A DNA stretch of 64,000 bases from a virus. Both the position numbers and the translations under genes were made by a program. Under the pieces are notes generated by a model, which was given only the letters and a program-made list of their open reading frames with translations, searched no databases and was not told the origin of the DNA. The DNA is taken from IMG/VR virus record IMGVR_UViG_3300030419_002087, positions 1-64,000 of that record, one strand, 5' to 3'. Shown here piece after piece: positions 48,601 through 58,290 of the stretch. Position 1 is the stretch's first letter; every line of letters starts with the position of its first letter.

Positions 48601-51600
48601 CCAACTCCATTATATTACAAATTAGTTCCAACTGATCTTAATAGTATTGATGTTAATAAGAGAGATGCTGTTCCTGATCAAACCGTTGCAGCGGGATCTA
48701 AAATTATAATCAATAACAGTACTTTTGCTGGAAACTTTGGTATAAGAACTACCAGTAATACTGATTTTATATACCAAGTTACTAAAGCACCAGAGAGTAG
48801 TAGTTACAATACTCTAGGTGTTACCACTTTTAGTTATAGTACTGGTTCAAAGGATGCATTAGGTGGTGTTAATGAAATTGATGTTACCTTTGCTGGACTT
48901 GGGTATGAAAGGAATCCTGGCGTATCTACTATTACCACAACTACTGGTTTAAATGCATTATTACGTCTTTATGATGATAATATTGGTAGGGCAGGTCTTA
49001 CAGAGATGATAAAGATTGGATATGAGTATCCATCTGACAAATCTATTCAACCTAGTGTTGATATTCCTACCATACTAACAGTTAGTAATAACTTCACTCT
49101 TTCTAATGTTGGTGTAATTACTGCTGGTAGAAACTATGTTTCTGCTCCAGATTTAATCGTTCCTGATAGTTCAGAGGTAAAATTAAAGGCGTATCTTAAT
49201 GGTACATCAATTGGAGAAGTTGAAGTACAAAGAAAGGGTAGGGGATTTAATGAAGTTCCAAACCCACCAAGAATTATTCCAGTTAATAATACCAATGGTG
49301 CTGGTATTGTATCTACAAGTTCTAATGGAGTTACTAATTTCTTAACAATTGCACAACCTACTAATGGTTGGAAACCAGATGGATCTGATTTCCCATTCAA
49401 AGTTGGTGATAATGTCTACGTTGAGGGAGTTGGTACAGCACAAACCCAGTTTAGTGCTTCTAAAGGTGGATATAACTCAGATCTTTATGATTATAAGTTA
49501 TTTGAAGTTGTAACAACTAATCCTGGCAATTCACAATTAACTTACTCAATTGCTGGTCTTGGTACTACTGGTGGTACATTTGATCCAGATAATTCTGCTG
49601 GCCGAGTCATCAGACAACAAGATTTACCAACATTTACCGCTTTATTGACTCCAGAACCATTCTTTAGTGGAGAAAGAGTAACATATGGTGCAAATGGTAA
49701 GGCTTTTGTTTTGGAAAACGCTGGATATAACCCAGTTACTAATACTCTTAGACTAAGAACACCAACTGCTGACTTTGCTTTAGGTCAAGTTATTAAAGGA
49801 CAACTTTCTGGTGCAGAAGGTACTATAAGAAATATTGAGAAATTTAGTTCGTTCTATAAGACAAGTTACTTTGCAGATAGACCAAAAGGATGGCAAAGAG
49901 AGACAGGTAAACCAAATAATGACTTCCAAAAGATAGAAGACAATGATTATTATCAGAATTTCTCATATTCTGTTAAGAGTGAGGTTCCTATTGAAACATG
50001 GAAACCAGCTGTAGATAGTCTTATTCACCCAACTGGATATAAGAATTTCTCTGATTTAGTTGTACCTTCTGTTACTACTTCTGGTGTTGGTAGAAGTGTT
50101 GATCTTAGAATTAATGAATCTACTCCTCCTGGCATCGCAAACTTGAGTGTTTCAATTGATAATGAAGAATCATTCTTTACTAGAAAAGACTTTGATGAGG
50201 CCGGAGAAGAAACACTTACAAATGGACTTTCTAAGTTCATTACACTTAGAAATAGAAAGATTGCAGCGTTTATTAACGTAAAATCCAATAAAGTTGATGT
50301 TATTGATGATCTTTCTGATCAATTTACAGGTATTGGAACTACTACTTCTGCTTTAATAGTTGGATTGAGTAGTTTTAGATTAACTACTAATGAAGGACAA
50401 ATAACCCCATTTACTAAGACATTTAATCCCACAGGGACTATTAGTATTGGTTCTTCACTGATTAATTACAATAATCATAACTTCCAGACTGGAGAGAGAA
50501 TTAAGTACGATCCAGGCGGTGCTTATGGTAGTAATAGATTAGCTATTAATGCTACTAATGTAGTTCTTGGTGGTGTAACAACCAACTTCTTACCAGCAGA
50601 ACTTTATGCGATTAAATTCAATAATAATCAATTTGCTGTTGCTGGACTTGCAACTGCTGCGGAACAAAATTCACCATTAATCTTTAGTTCTGTTGGAAGT
50701 GGTACTTCTCATTCATTTGATGTTAATAGACCAGATGATAGAGTAGTTATTCAGGTTGATGGAATTCTTCAACCACCTCTCTTCAGAAGAAAGGTTGATG
50801 TTGCATTGGCCGAGGCTGTAGGTGTTGGATCAACTACTATTAAAGTTGTTGGTGTTACTTCTATTACAGGTAATGACCTATTAAACATTGGTAATGAAAT
50901 AGTAAGAATTACCAATGTTGGTTTTGGATCAACTAATGTATTGGCGGTTAATCGTGGTGTATTAGGAAGTGTAGCTGCTGCACATACTGTTGGTGCTGCT
51001 TGTACCATGAGAGGAGGAACATTCCATATTGTGAAAGATGTTCTTCACTTTGTTACACCTCCATATGGTACAGTTGGTGTTACAACATTTAGTGGGCCTG
51101 GTATTGGTACTAATTCTACTTTCCAAGGAAGAATATTCAATAGAGCTGATCCCACAACTAACTTCATCTTTGATGATCTATCTCAAGATTTTACTGGTGT
51201 TGGTAAGACATTTACATTATTACAGGATAATGAGGATGTAACTGGTATTGTTACTACTATCTTGGGCCCAGAAGTTATTAATCAAGGTATTATTTGTATT
51301 AATAACATATTCCAGAGACCAGCTTTCGACTATAACATGGCCGAAAGACAAGATCCTGGCATAGGTGCTTCAATATTCTTTACTGGAGATGATAGAGAAA
51401 GTCTACCTAGAGGTGGTAAGGTTAATGAGTATACCATTGGTTTTGGAACCAACTATCAACCATTAGTTGCCGCTGCTGCAACAGCTATTGTTAATAATGA
51501 TGGTTCTATACAAAGTGTAGTTGTAACGGGTGGTGGTGCAGGTTATAGAAATGGCCCAATTGATATTATGGTTTATAACCAGACACCAACTGGTGCTGGT

Positions 51601-54600
51601 ATTGGATCAACTGCTGTTTTAACTGCTACTGTTGGTAATGCAGGTATCCACACATACAATGGTGGAACCTCATCTAACGCAGTTACTATTGGTAGTACTG
51701 CTAAGAATGTAACTAATGCCACGTATGATGCTATAACGGGTGAGTTGGTGATGACCATTGGTTCTCACACCTTTACAACCAGTGATACCGCTACTATCGG
51801 TGCGAACAAGTTATCATTTACATGTTCTGTTGATGATCATCAAACAAGTCATACATATCCTCGTGCTACTGACCCTGTAAGTGGTGTAGCCATTGGAATT
51901 CAGGCAGTATCAAGTACCACAATTACTGTTAATGTTGGTGCTGTTAGGGGTACTGTTACTGGTATTACAACTGTAAGTGGTGGTACTGGTTATTCCTCAC
52001 CAGACCCAGTGTTTGCTAAGGATATTCCAGTTGTATCAACAGCAGGAACAACCATTACTGTTAACGTAAATCCATCATATCCTGGCTCAATATATGAGCA
52101 TCAATATGTAAGTGCTGCAACAAGTGCTGTATATAATGGTGGTAATTACGTTCATACCTTTAAACCAGCATCTAGTTCCTTATCTGATGCAGTATTTACG
52201 GGTGGTGATTATAATCATAAGTTCGTTCGTGTATTAGGTAACGCAGTTAATGTACAAAGTGGTGCTGAATCTGGTAATCAGAAGACACCTAATAATGTTT
52301 CTTATGTGGCCTCTACAGGTGTATTGACATTAGAATTTGGTTCTGCACATGGAATGTCAACTAGTGATACTATCACTCTTGATGCTAATTCCATATTCAT
52401 GAGTTGTGAAAGAGATAATTATCAATCAGAACATGGTTATCCAAGATCTACTGACCCCATATCTGGTGTTACAACTGCGGTTACAGTAACTTCTAGCACT
52501 GCATTTACTATTAATGTTGGTTCATCACCTCAAGTTAACCATGCAATAACAACCTCAACTTACACTCCAACAGACGGTAATTTAGTATTAAATGTTGGTG
52601 CTGGACATCCATTTACTGCTCCAACATCTCATACTATTAGTACATGTTCATATAATCCTCATAATGGATATATGGACTTTGAGATAACCAGTCATGGATT
52701 CTCTGCTGGTGAATATATTCAAATTCCTGGCAATGCATTGACATTCACATGTTCAATGGATGGACATGCTACTCAACATACTTATCCTAGAACAGGTTCA
52801 AGAGACACCGATAGAATTGGCCAAGGTTGGTTGCCTATTGATCAGGTTGGTGTAAATACATTCCGTGTTTATGTTGGTGCTGCTAATGAAACTTCTGTAG
52901 GTGTTCATACTTTCGTAAGTTCTAAGGCTAATTCAGTTAATATAACAAGTGGTTCTGAATCTGGTAATCAGAAGACTCCAAATGCTGCAGATTATAATCC
53001 AGAAACAGGTATTTTAGAATTATCGTTTGCATCTAATCATGGAGTTTCAACTGGTGATACTCTTACATTAGATAATAGTTCTTTGACATTCACATGTTCT
53101 AAGGATAATCATGCAACTGAACACACATATCCTCGTGCGGCCGTAGATCCAATAGCTGGTGTTGGAACCGTTGTTACTAAGACATCTGACAAATCATTTA
53201 ATATATTTGTTGGATTGGCTGAGCCAGGATCAGTTGGAGTTCATACTTTTGTTAGTGCATCTGCACAGATTAAGAGAGCTAAGACTGTTATTGGTATTAA
53301 GACTGATTCTTTAGGATTTACATGTTCTCAAAATAATCATGGTACGGTTCATACATATCCTCGACCAACTGGTGATCCTGTTCATAATAGACAAATCGGT
53401 GTAGGTGCGACAGCTACTGAAACGGTTACTGTATTTGTTGGTATAACAACTGCTGAGTCATATCAAGTTGATAATGCTGATTATGATCAATTTGATGGTG
53501 ATCTTATATTATCAATTGGTGCAAATAATTTAACAACACCAACGGCATTCTGCCCAACAAAATCAATATATGATCCTACATCAGGAATAGTAACATGTAC
53601 ACAAGTTGGACATGAATTACAAACTGGTGACAAGATCAAACCTGGCCAAGGTACATTACAATTTAAGTGTACTTATGACGTTAGTGATGCATCTTACAAT
53701 CCAATAACAGGTGATCTTACATTAACTGTTGGTGCTGGACATGGTTTAGTTGCTGAAGTTGATAGTATCAGAATCCCAGAAAATGCATTGACATTTACTT
53801 GTGATTATAATGGTGACGGTAACACTACTCAGAAGACATATCCTCGTTCTTCTGGTGCATCAACATCTGATGGTGCTGACTATGCATACAACACAGATCT
53901 ACTAATCAAATCTGTTGCTAATACAACAATTACAGTAAATGTAAATGGTGGTCAAGGCCCAATTACAGACCTTACTACACATAACTTTGTTTCTGGTAGT
54001 ACTGTTAATCCAGCTGTTGTCTTTGGAACTAAGAAATATCCAAGATCAAGTGATCCTATTAGAGATCCTTTGAACAGACATCAAGGATGGATGCCAGTTA
54101 CTAGAGAAAGTAAAGATGAGTTTAGTTTCTGGTGTGGTACTTCTCCTAATACAAGTACACATACATTTGTAGCCAATGATTTCTTAACACCTACTAATGC
54201 GAATTATAATGGAGCTAGTGGTTTACTAACAGTTGAAACTAATGTAGATCACAAATTAGCAGAAGGTGATTTTGTTAAATTTGAGAAAGGTGCTTTCACA
54301 TTGAGTTGTGAAATGAATAATAATGCAACTACTCATGATTATCCACGTAAGACAGATCCAACTTACTTCCAATGGCTACCAATTTCTAATGTTGGGCCTA
54401 AGAATTTTGATGTAAGTGTTGGTACTTCTCCAGTTGGAATCTTAACAGTTTCCGCTGCAACTTATAACCCAAGTTCAGGAGCACTTGTATTAACCATGAA
54501 CAATCATGGTTTGAAAGTGGGTCAAGCAATTAGACTCTGTGCAAACTCCTTAATATTCACATGTAATTACAATGGCGATGGTAACACTACTGAAAAAACT

Positions 54601-57600
54601 TATCCTCGTGCAACTGGTGCTGCAACAACAACAGGAGCTGATTATCTTTACGACACCTCTATTAGTATTGGTTCAACGACAACTAACACCGTTACTATAA
54701 ATGCAAACGGTGGAATGGGTGCTATTACAGACACCACTGGTCATGTCTTTGTTGTTAACTCTAAACTAACTCCAACTGATGCAGATTACAATCCCAACAC
54801 TGGTGTTGTAACGATTACAGTTAATGGTCATGGTATGGCCAATGGTGATTATGTCAAACTTGATGATAGTTGCTTGAAGTTTAGTTGTACTTATGGCGCT
54901 GGTGGTAATGGAGATTATCCTAGAGCATCTGATCCAATTAGTGGCCAATGGGTAAGAGTATTTGGTGTAACTGCTAATACATTCGATATTCAAGTTTTAA
55001 CCGCAGATCCATCTACAACTGGAAATGTACCTCCATCTTCTAATGTAGATCCACATACGTTTGTTTCTGCTGTTTCTAACAGTATTACAAGAGGTGTAGT
55101 TAGAACAGGTGGTGATTATCCACATACATTTGTAAATGCTGTTGGAACTCACATTTATGTTGGTGGAACCTCATCTAATGCTATTACAATAACTGCTGGT
55201 AGTGTTCAGAAGGATGTAACTGATGCAACTTATATCCCAAGTACAGGTCTATTGACCATGACCATTGGTACTCATTCCTTCACAACTTCGGATACTGTGA
55301 CAATTGGTGCTGATAAGTTGGCCTTTACTTGTGATGCTGATAATCATGCAACAACTCATTATTATCCTCGTGCAACTGATCCAGTATACAATATAGCAAG
55401 TCCAATTGAATCAGTTACTTCAACAACAATAACTGTTGATGTAGGTTCACCGAAACAACAAGACGGTATTACTAAAGGTATTATTACAAAACCAACTTCT
55501 GTAATTAGACTTGCTGATAAATCATTAACATTTAAGTGTTCTAGTGATAACTTCGTTACTCCACAGTCTTATCCACGTAACGGTACACAGAATCCACCAA
55601 TAGTAACTGTTGGATTGGGAAGTGGATATAGTGATTTACAATACAGTGGTGGTTCTGGTAGTGGATTTAAGGCCTCTATTCAGATTGGTAGTGGTGGAAG
55701 TGTTACTGACTTTACTGTAGTAGATTCTGGTATAGGATATAAGAATGATGAAGTATTGACTGTTGTGGGTGTTCCAACTGCAAATGGTGGATATAGCGCA
55801 CATACAATTACAGTTAATTCTATTACTAATGATTTGTTCTCTGGTTGGTCATTCGGTCAATTATTAGAACTTGACAGTTTTGCCGATCAATTTGATGGTA
55901 ATCAAACTACATTTACATTAACTAGAACAACTGTTACTAAGGATATTGTAAATATCGCAAGTAATGATACTAGTATTGATGTTGGTAATAACTTATTAGT
56001 ATTCTTAAATGATATATTGCAACAGCCAGGATCAAACTATACATTCAGTGGTGGTACTCAATTAACATTTAGTGAACCACCTAAAGCTGGTAGTAAGTTA
56101 CAAGTTCTATTCTTTAGAGGATCTAATAAGGATGTAGATGATGGTAGTCCATTCATAACCATTAAGAAAGGTGATTATTTACAACTTGAAGAGAATGGAG
56201 TATATGAACAACAAGATCCAAGAAGAGTTATTGAAATTACTGGTGTTCAGAAAGTTCAAACAAACATTTATAATGGAGTTGGTATTAATGCTGATAAGAC
56301 GTTTACTAGGCAAATGGCCTGGACTAAACAGAAACAGGATTTGATTCTTGATAATCTACCACTTGCTAAAGATAGGAGTAATTATATCCCAAGAATAAGT
56401 CCTACTGCTTATATTATTCAGCCTGTAGGAGTTGGTTCACAGGAGATATTTGTTGATAACGCCTATCCAACATTCAGTGCATATGATAACAGAGCAACAC
56501 CTAATGAAGTTCCTGGCGCTGGTATTGAGTTAGTTAAAGCTAATATTGTTGATCGTGCAGATGCCACAGTATCGGTTTCTGCTGGTGGAACAGTGTTTAA
56601 TGCAGTTGTTACTGATGGTGGTGCAGGTTATCAAACTGTTCCAACTGTTTCCTTTGCTGCAACTATTCCTAGAGTTCGTGAAATTGGTAAGAATTGGTCT
56701 TCCAGACTATCTGCTCTTGATCAGGATTGGAGAACTGTTACACGTAACGGTTATGGATTATTTGTTATTGCTGGTGATAGTAGTGGTATTAATACATCAT
56801 CTAATGGTAAACAGTGGTATGCTAGTGGTAACTCTACTACCTTTGGTGATATTAAAGGAATCGTTGGTATGGGTACTCATACTGTTTTGGTTGGTGCAAG
56901 TGGAACTTGTGGATTCTCAACAAATGGTAGAACGTTCAGTAAATCAACAGTTTACAGAAGGAGAAATGTATTCCCATTAGTATTCTGGGATGATATTACT
57001 CTTGCTGGTGATATGAATGCCCTCGCATATGGTGATGGAATTGGTGTTGCAGTTGGTGCTGCTGGATCAATTATGTTCACTAAGCCTGGTGCGGCTGGAT
57101 TTGGTACTGCTTTTGAATTGGCCCAGAAGTTTAGTTCTACTAATCTAAATGGTGTTGGTAATAACGGTAATGTATTTGTTGCCGTTGGTGTTAATGGAGA
57201 AATGTTGAGATCACCTAATGGTGAAAACTATGTTGGTGTAACTACTACAACTGTTTCTACTACTCTAAATGATGTTACTTATGCAGATGGTAAGTGGATT
57301 GCAGTTGGTGCTGCTGGAACTATTATCAAGTCTACCGATGATGGTCAGAATTGGGCTGTAGTTTCTGCTGGTGGTACATTTGACTTGAATAAAGTTGGAT
57401 ATGCAAACAGTGTCTTTGTTGCAGTTGGTCAAAGTGGAATGGTTATGAATTCCGTTGACGGAACAAATTGGTATAAGAAATTCATTGGAGTTGGAACTGA
57501 CTTTGCTGGTCTTGCATTTGGTGATAATAAATTTGTTGCTGCTGGTCTATCATCAGCAATATACACATCTGAGTTTGAATCTGTATCTGCTGCTGGTACT

Positions 57601-58263
57601 GCAACCGTTTCAGCTGCTGGAACAATAACTTCAATTAATATTGATGATGGTGGTTTTGGTTATGATATAAATGCTCCTGTTGAAGTACTTGTTTCTGTTG
57701 AACCAGTTATTAGAGAAGTTATTACTAGTGTAAATGCTGAAGGTGACTTTGGAGATGTTGTTAGTGTTGCAACTTCTGCTGCTGGAATAAACACCACAAG
57801 TCCAATGTTGATATTTGAACTTGATTCATCATCATTCTTGAATCAGGCTGGATTTGGTAATATCTCTAAATCTGGTATCGCTGCTGGTGATTACTTTGTT
57901 GTTACTAATTCAACAACTGGAGTCGCCTGTACTTCTATAAATCTTGGTAATGAGATCGTCGGATCTGGTACAACATTCTTAGATAATGTCTATGTTGTTG
58001 GCCAAAGAGATGAGTCAACTAGTGGTATTGTTACTGTATTCTGTAATGTAAGGAGTATCGCTGGAATAGGAACGACTACTTATAGTCCTAGAATTGGTAA
58101 ATATAGTTGGGGAAGATTCTATAGTTTCCAAAGAGATAGACTTTCTCCTCAAGCTTTCCCTGCTTACACCAACAACGGTTCGGCAGGTATTGACACCAAT
58201 CCAACAGTAGTCAGGATCAAACCACTCGCTGAAAATTACAGCGACTTTGATCAGACATCATAA
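42697..58263 (+). CDS. gp7: Baseplate wedge initiator gp7 (giant, 5188 aa)
   Basis: Q.P.FV..ENP.FVEFL..YY, KDFY.SKGT..A...LF..LYG, DNDYYQNFSY, HP.G.K.F.D; lies between gp6 and gp8. Confidence 0.88.
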   Translation: MIDTTSQKVKVNQVIFSQIPSFVQEENPLFVEFLKSYYQGQEYQGGSIDIIQNLNEYQKVETYSNNDSLIGFTTCSGAVTFYDSTINVVSTDGWPDTYGLLRINDEVISYTGKTKTSFTGCLRGFSGVENLHTPSNPEQLVFKDTNAAQHKDETQVINLSNLFLQEFWKKTKTLFLPGFEDRKLVNEVDKANFLRQAKDFYASKGTNEAVSILFKVLYGKDVEVIKPIDYLLAPSDADYVITEDIVAELISGDALKTIGQVIKQTGDDYSEASIFNIRYLPKNGKDYYVISLSKSTAKGEFSITGGTALTNNIGVGATVLTVDSTLGFPNIGDFYVGAGITVGIATYTSRSSTQFFGVSGISSAYQQGSTVRSSNTLVSYEEGDLKKPVIFRMTAVANNADLGNVGFLYPGDILRAKNLGNFTKSTNQRLNSWIHNVKTTSNVSKDIYTNTSNINVGTNEINTTDPHLLRLGDPITVMDLTSNTPQNVEGTVSQIVDNNTFQINITSGTLSVNRTYKVRNNTIFANSNDPKLGVSEFVANVQNTYSDDGEKNSYVASGSLPAYTIYATERIKAFTGANVGDNEITINNHGFFTGDLIKYRPTGVGRTTLVGLATDANYAVTKIDNNTVKLSQSIGDAAVKRFLDINSGSLPALTHELVPYELSGKSVEHQRFLRKIPTEVSLNEFNKELKNEPVGMFRNGVEVMSNRSGDYIRYGTVRTIEVQNGGKEYDVAYPPNINITDTVGTGATAYAIVENGKVERIDILSGGYDLRDVPKITIEGANGVGAAAVGRLRRVQTVRGFSPDLNVNLTTDTITLDDRHLFDNGESVYYRKGVGYAAIGGLVDNSLYYLHTPSETQVQFMATYDDAVSGINTINLTSKSAGSNTLTSTKFRNILDSVVITNQGSGYSNRRNVVNNTLYPPISYLSEGEVNSGINTANHYIYFKDHGFNHGDLIEYDSTGPISGLSTDQNYYVIKLDESKFRLSSAGIGTTLTDVNYVKDDYVEFGNIGSANHTFKYPDLHIGVEAISGVANTTYSTPKLRPVCLGELIQCPITSSGTGYGVTDCINVHRRPDVTISNGSRGLIDVVIADGEIVQAFIKSGGGGYATPPKLEVRGDGQFAKLVANTTDGVITSVTIVSTGKGYTSKNTTVAVIPSGSGAKLVGNVQKWDISFLAKYRGNISENDDGVIIPSQGDYGLKYVHAYASRKLRQVLDDNIENDFSEKSSVSHSPILGWAYDGSPIYGPYGFGTPTGGLVRRMISGYTKVTRSNRPPVLEFPTGTFINDYVYTATGDLDQYNGRFCKTPEFPNGIYAYFATIEATNSSDAPFVNTREPEFPYIIGGYKYKREDFNVDPSSIQTLDLLNSGDLVRNTYYYKFGSSSSEYDYLTRNQLEDTELIVRSTQKAGISTVNVIIPGQSYKVGDRITFNNLNSGGSGASAKVKTLVGKGLSTLTYERLVVPNVKFRYENDVVVGVATTAHNLNDKDLVVVGGIGTGELNFIQGAYKIGVSSVVVKTDEFLGYASTTGITTFVTLNTSGADETIEVDDILGIGTERVTVLDVNETTNKYRILRDFGIWPNSSHPAGTKVHVDQRRFTYDVGIKTDLTTRKNRKIVFDPFGSIGIGTTVQVVSVTGIGTTTRVVVKASDESVLFDHAIPPEGSSADNSITLLEHGFVTGQKLKYNKGSVGNGLTCSNSVALTGLLTLQDGQTVYAVRKSPNLLGITTTIAGIGTTTGSLYFAFGGSIGKDHSFTTTEKEYIGHIERFDVNAKTSSDHTLQTGNEVKISILPSQTTTTLIEYDTLARKTIVDPYYVGSATTFVGVGASDSLITITDHGWDAGDKVLYKSGSNVIAPLVDRGEYFVQKINDNQFRLTTNYTDATNYGGEFIGITTFGSGIHKFSRINPHLLGTRGSTIGFAVSDPTLTDLRLEFYEDENFVTRFEGVGISTELVRSGTPGQAGSLVNLKLTDNVPTPLYYKLVPTDLNSIDVNKRDAVPDQTVAAGSKIIINNSTFAGNFGIRTTSNTDFIYQVTKAPESSSYNTLGVTTFSYSTGSKDALGGVNEIDVTFAGLGYERNPGVSTITTTTGLNALLRLYDDNIGRAGLTEMIKIGYEYPSDKSIQPSVDIPTILTVSNNFTLSNVGVITAGRNYVSAPDLIVPDSSEVKLKAYLNGTSIGEVEVQRKGRGFNEVPNPPRIIPVNNTNGAGIVSTSSNGVTNFLTIAQPTNGWKPDGSDFPFKVGDNVYVEGVGTAQTQFSASKGGYNSDLYDYKLFEVVTTNPGNSQLTYSIAGLGTTGGTFDPDNSAGRVIRQQDLPTFTALLTPEPFFSGERVTYGANGKAFVLENAGYNPVTNTLRLRTPTADFALGQVIKGQLSGAEGTIRNIEKFSSFYKTSYFADRPKGWQRETGKPNNDFQKIEDNDYYQNFSYSVKSEVPIETWKPAVDSLIHPTGYKNFSDLVVPSVTTSGVGRSVDLRINESTPPGIANLSVSIDNEESFFTRKDFDEAGEETLTNGLSKFITLRNRKIAAFINVKSNKVDVIDDLSDQFTGIGTTTSALIVGLSSFRLTTNEGQITPFTKTFNPTGTISIGSSLINYNNHNFQTGERIKYDPGGAYGSNRLAINATNVVLGGVTTNFLPAELYAIKFNNNQFAVAGLATAAEQNSPLIFSSVGSGTSHSFDVNRPDDRVVIQVDGILQPPLFRRKVDVALAEAVGVGSTTIKVVGVTSITGNDLLNIGNEIVRITNVGFGSTNVLAVNRGVLGSVAAAHTVGAACTMRGGTFHIVKDVLHFVTPPYGTVGVTTFSGPGIGTNSTFQGRIFNRADPTTNFIFDDLSQDFTGVGKTFTLLQDNEDVTGIVTTILGPEVINQGIICINNIFQRPAFDYNMAERQDPGIGASIFFTGDDRESLPRGGKVNEYTIGFGTNYQPLVAAAATAIVNNDGSIQSVVVTGGGAGYRNGPIDIMVYNQTPTGAGIGSTAVLTATVGNAGIHTYNGGTSSNAVTIGSTAKNVTNATYDAITGELVMTIGSHTFTTSDTATIGANKLSFTCSVDDHQTSHTYPRATDPVSGVAIGIQAVSSTTITVNVGAVRGTVTGITTVSGGTGYSSPDPVFAKDIPVVSTAGTTITVNVNPSYPGSIYEHQYVSAATSAVYNGGNYVHTFKPASSSLSDAVFTGGDYNHKFVRVLGNAVNVQSGAESGNQKTPNNVSYVASTGVLTLEFGSAHGMSTSDTITLDANSIFMSCERDNYQSEHGYPRSTDPISGVTTAVTVTSSTAFTINVGSSPQVNHAITTSTYTPTDGNLVLNVGAGHPFTAPTSHTISTCSYNPHNGYMDFEITSHGFSAGEYIQIPGNALTFTCSMDGHATQHTYPRTGSRDTDRIGQGWLPIDQVGVNTFRVYVGAANETSVGVHTFVSSKANSVNITSGSESGNQKTPNAADYNPETGILELSFASNHGVSTGDTLTLDNSSLTFTCSKDNHATEHTYPRAAVDPIAGVGTVVTKTSDKSFNIFVGLAEPGSVGVHTFVSASAQIKRAKTVIGIKTDSLGFTCSQNNHGTVHTYPRPTGDPVHNRQIGVGATATETVTVFVGITTAESYQVDNADYDQFDGDLILSIGANNLTTPTAFCPTKSIYDPTSGIVTCTQVGHELQTGDKIKPGQGTLQFKCTYDVSDASYNPITGDLTLTVGAGHGLVAEVDSIRIPENALTFTCDYNGDGNTTQKTYPRSSGASTSDGADYAYNTDLLIKSVANTTITVNVNGGQGPITDLTTHNFVSGSTVNPAVVFGTKKYPRSSDPIRDPLNRHQGWMPVTRESKDEFSFWCGTSPNTSTHTFVANDFLTPTNANYNGASGLLTVETNVDHKLAEGDFVKFEKGAFTLSCEMNNNATTHDYPRKTDPTYFQWLPISNVGPKNFDVSVGTSPVGILTVSAATYNPSSGALVLTMNNHGLKVGQAIRLCANSLIFTCNYNGDGNTTEKTYPRATGAATTTGADYLYDTSISIGSTTTNTVTINANGGMGAITDTTGHVFVVNSKLTPTDADYNPNTGVVTITVNGHGMANGDYVKLDDSCLKFSCTYGAGGNGDYPRASDPISGQWVRVFGVTANTFDIQVLTADPSTTGNVPPSSNVDPHTFVSAVSNSITRGVVRTGGDYPHTFVNAVGTHIYVGGTSSNAITITAGSVQKDVTDATYIPSTGLLTMTIGTHSFTTSDTVTIGADKLAFTCDADNHATTHYYPRATDPVYNIASPIESVTSTTITVDVGSPKQQDGITKGIITKPTSVIRLADKSLTFKCSSDNFVTPQSYPRNGTQNPPIVTVGLGSGYSDLQYSGGSGSGFKASIQIGSGGSVTDFTVVDSGIGYKNDEVLTVVGVPTANGGYSAHTITVNSITNDLFSGWSFGQLLELDSFADQFDGNQTTFTLTRTTVTKDIVNIASNDTSIDVGNNLLVFLNDILQQPGSNYTFSGGTQLTFSEPPKAGSKLQVLFFRGSNKDVDDGSPFITIKKGDYLQLEENGVYEQQDPRRVIEITGVQKVQTNIYNGVGINADKTFTRQMAWTKQKQDLILDNLPLAKDRSNYIPRISPTAYIIQPVGVGSQEIFVDNAYPTFSAYDNRATPNEVPGAGIELVKANIVDRADATVSVSAGGTVFNAVVTDGGAGYQTVPTVSFAATIPRVREIGKNWSSRLSALDQDWRTVTRNGYGLFVIAGDSSGINTSSNGKQWYASGNSTTFGDIKGIVGMGTHTVLVGASGTCGFSTNGRTFSKSTVYRRRNVFPLVFWDDITLAGDMNALAYGDGIGVAVGAAGSIMFTKPGAAGFGTAFELAQKFSSTNLNGVGNNGNVFVAVGVNGEMLRSPNGENYVGVTTTTVSTTLNDVTYADGKWIAVGAAGTIIKSTDDGQNWAVVSAGGTFDLNKVGYANSVFVAVGQSGMVMNSVDGTNWYKKFIGVGTDFAGLAFGDNKFVAAGLSSAIYTSEFESVSAAGTATVSAAGTITSINIDDGGFGYDINAPVEVLVSVEPVIREVITSVNAEGDFGDVVSVATSAAGINTTSPMLIFELDSSSFLNQAGFGNISKSGIAAGDYFVVTNSTTGVACTSINLGNEIVGSGTTFLDNVYVVGQRDESTSGIVTVFCNVRSIAGIGTTTYSPRIGKYSWGRFYSFQRDRLSPQAFPAYTNNGSAGIDTNPTVVRIKPLAENYSDFDQTS
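51640..55590 (+). repeat. About 12 nested ~100-aa modules (AxYxPxTG...H...FTC..D.H...H.YPR..DP...HTFV) inside gp7
   Basis: 12 FxC...YPR cores read from the translation; related modules occur in the 11779-14874 gene. Confidence 0.8.
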
Positions 58264-58290
58264 ATAAATCTATAGGAAAACCGTAGTAAA

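Noticed and set aside
42697-58263. Intein, intron or homing endonuclease explaining the size of gp7
   Set aside because: No splice-junction, LAGLIDADG or HNH motifs; the size comes from repeats and inserted domains.
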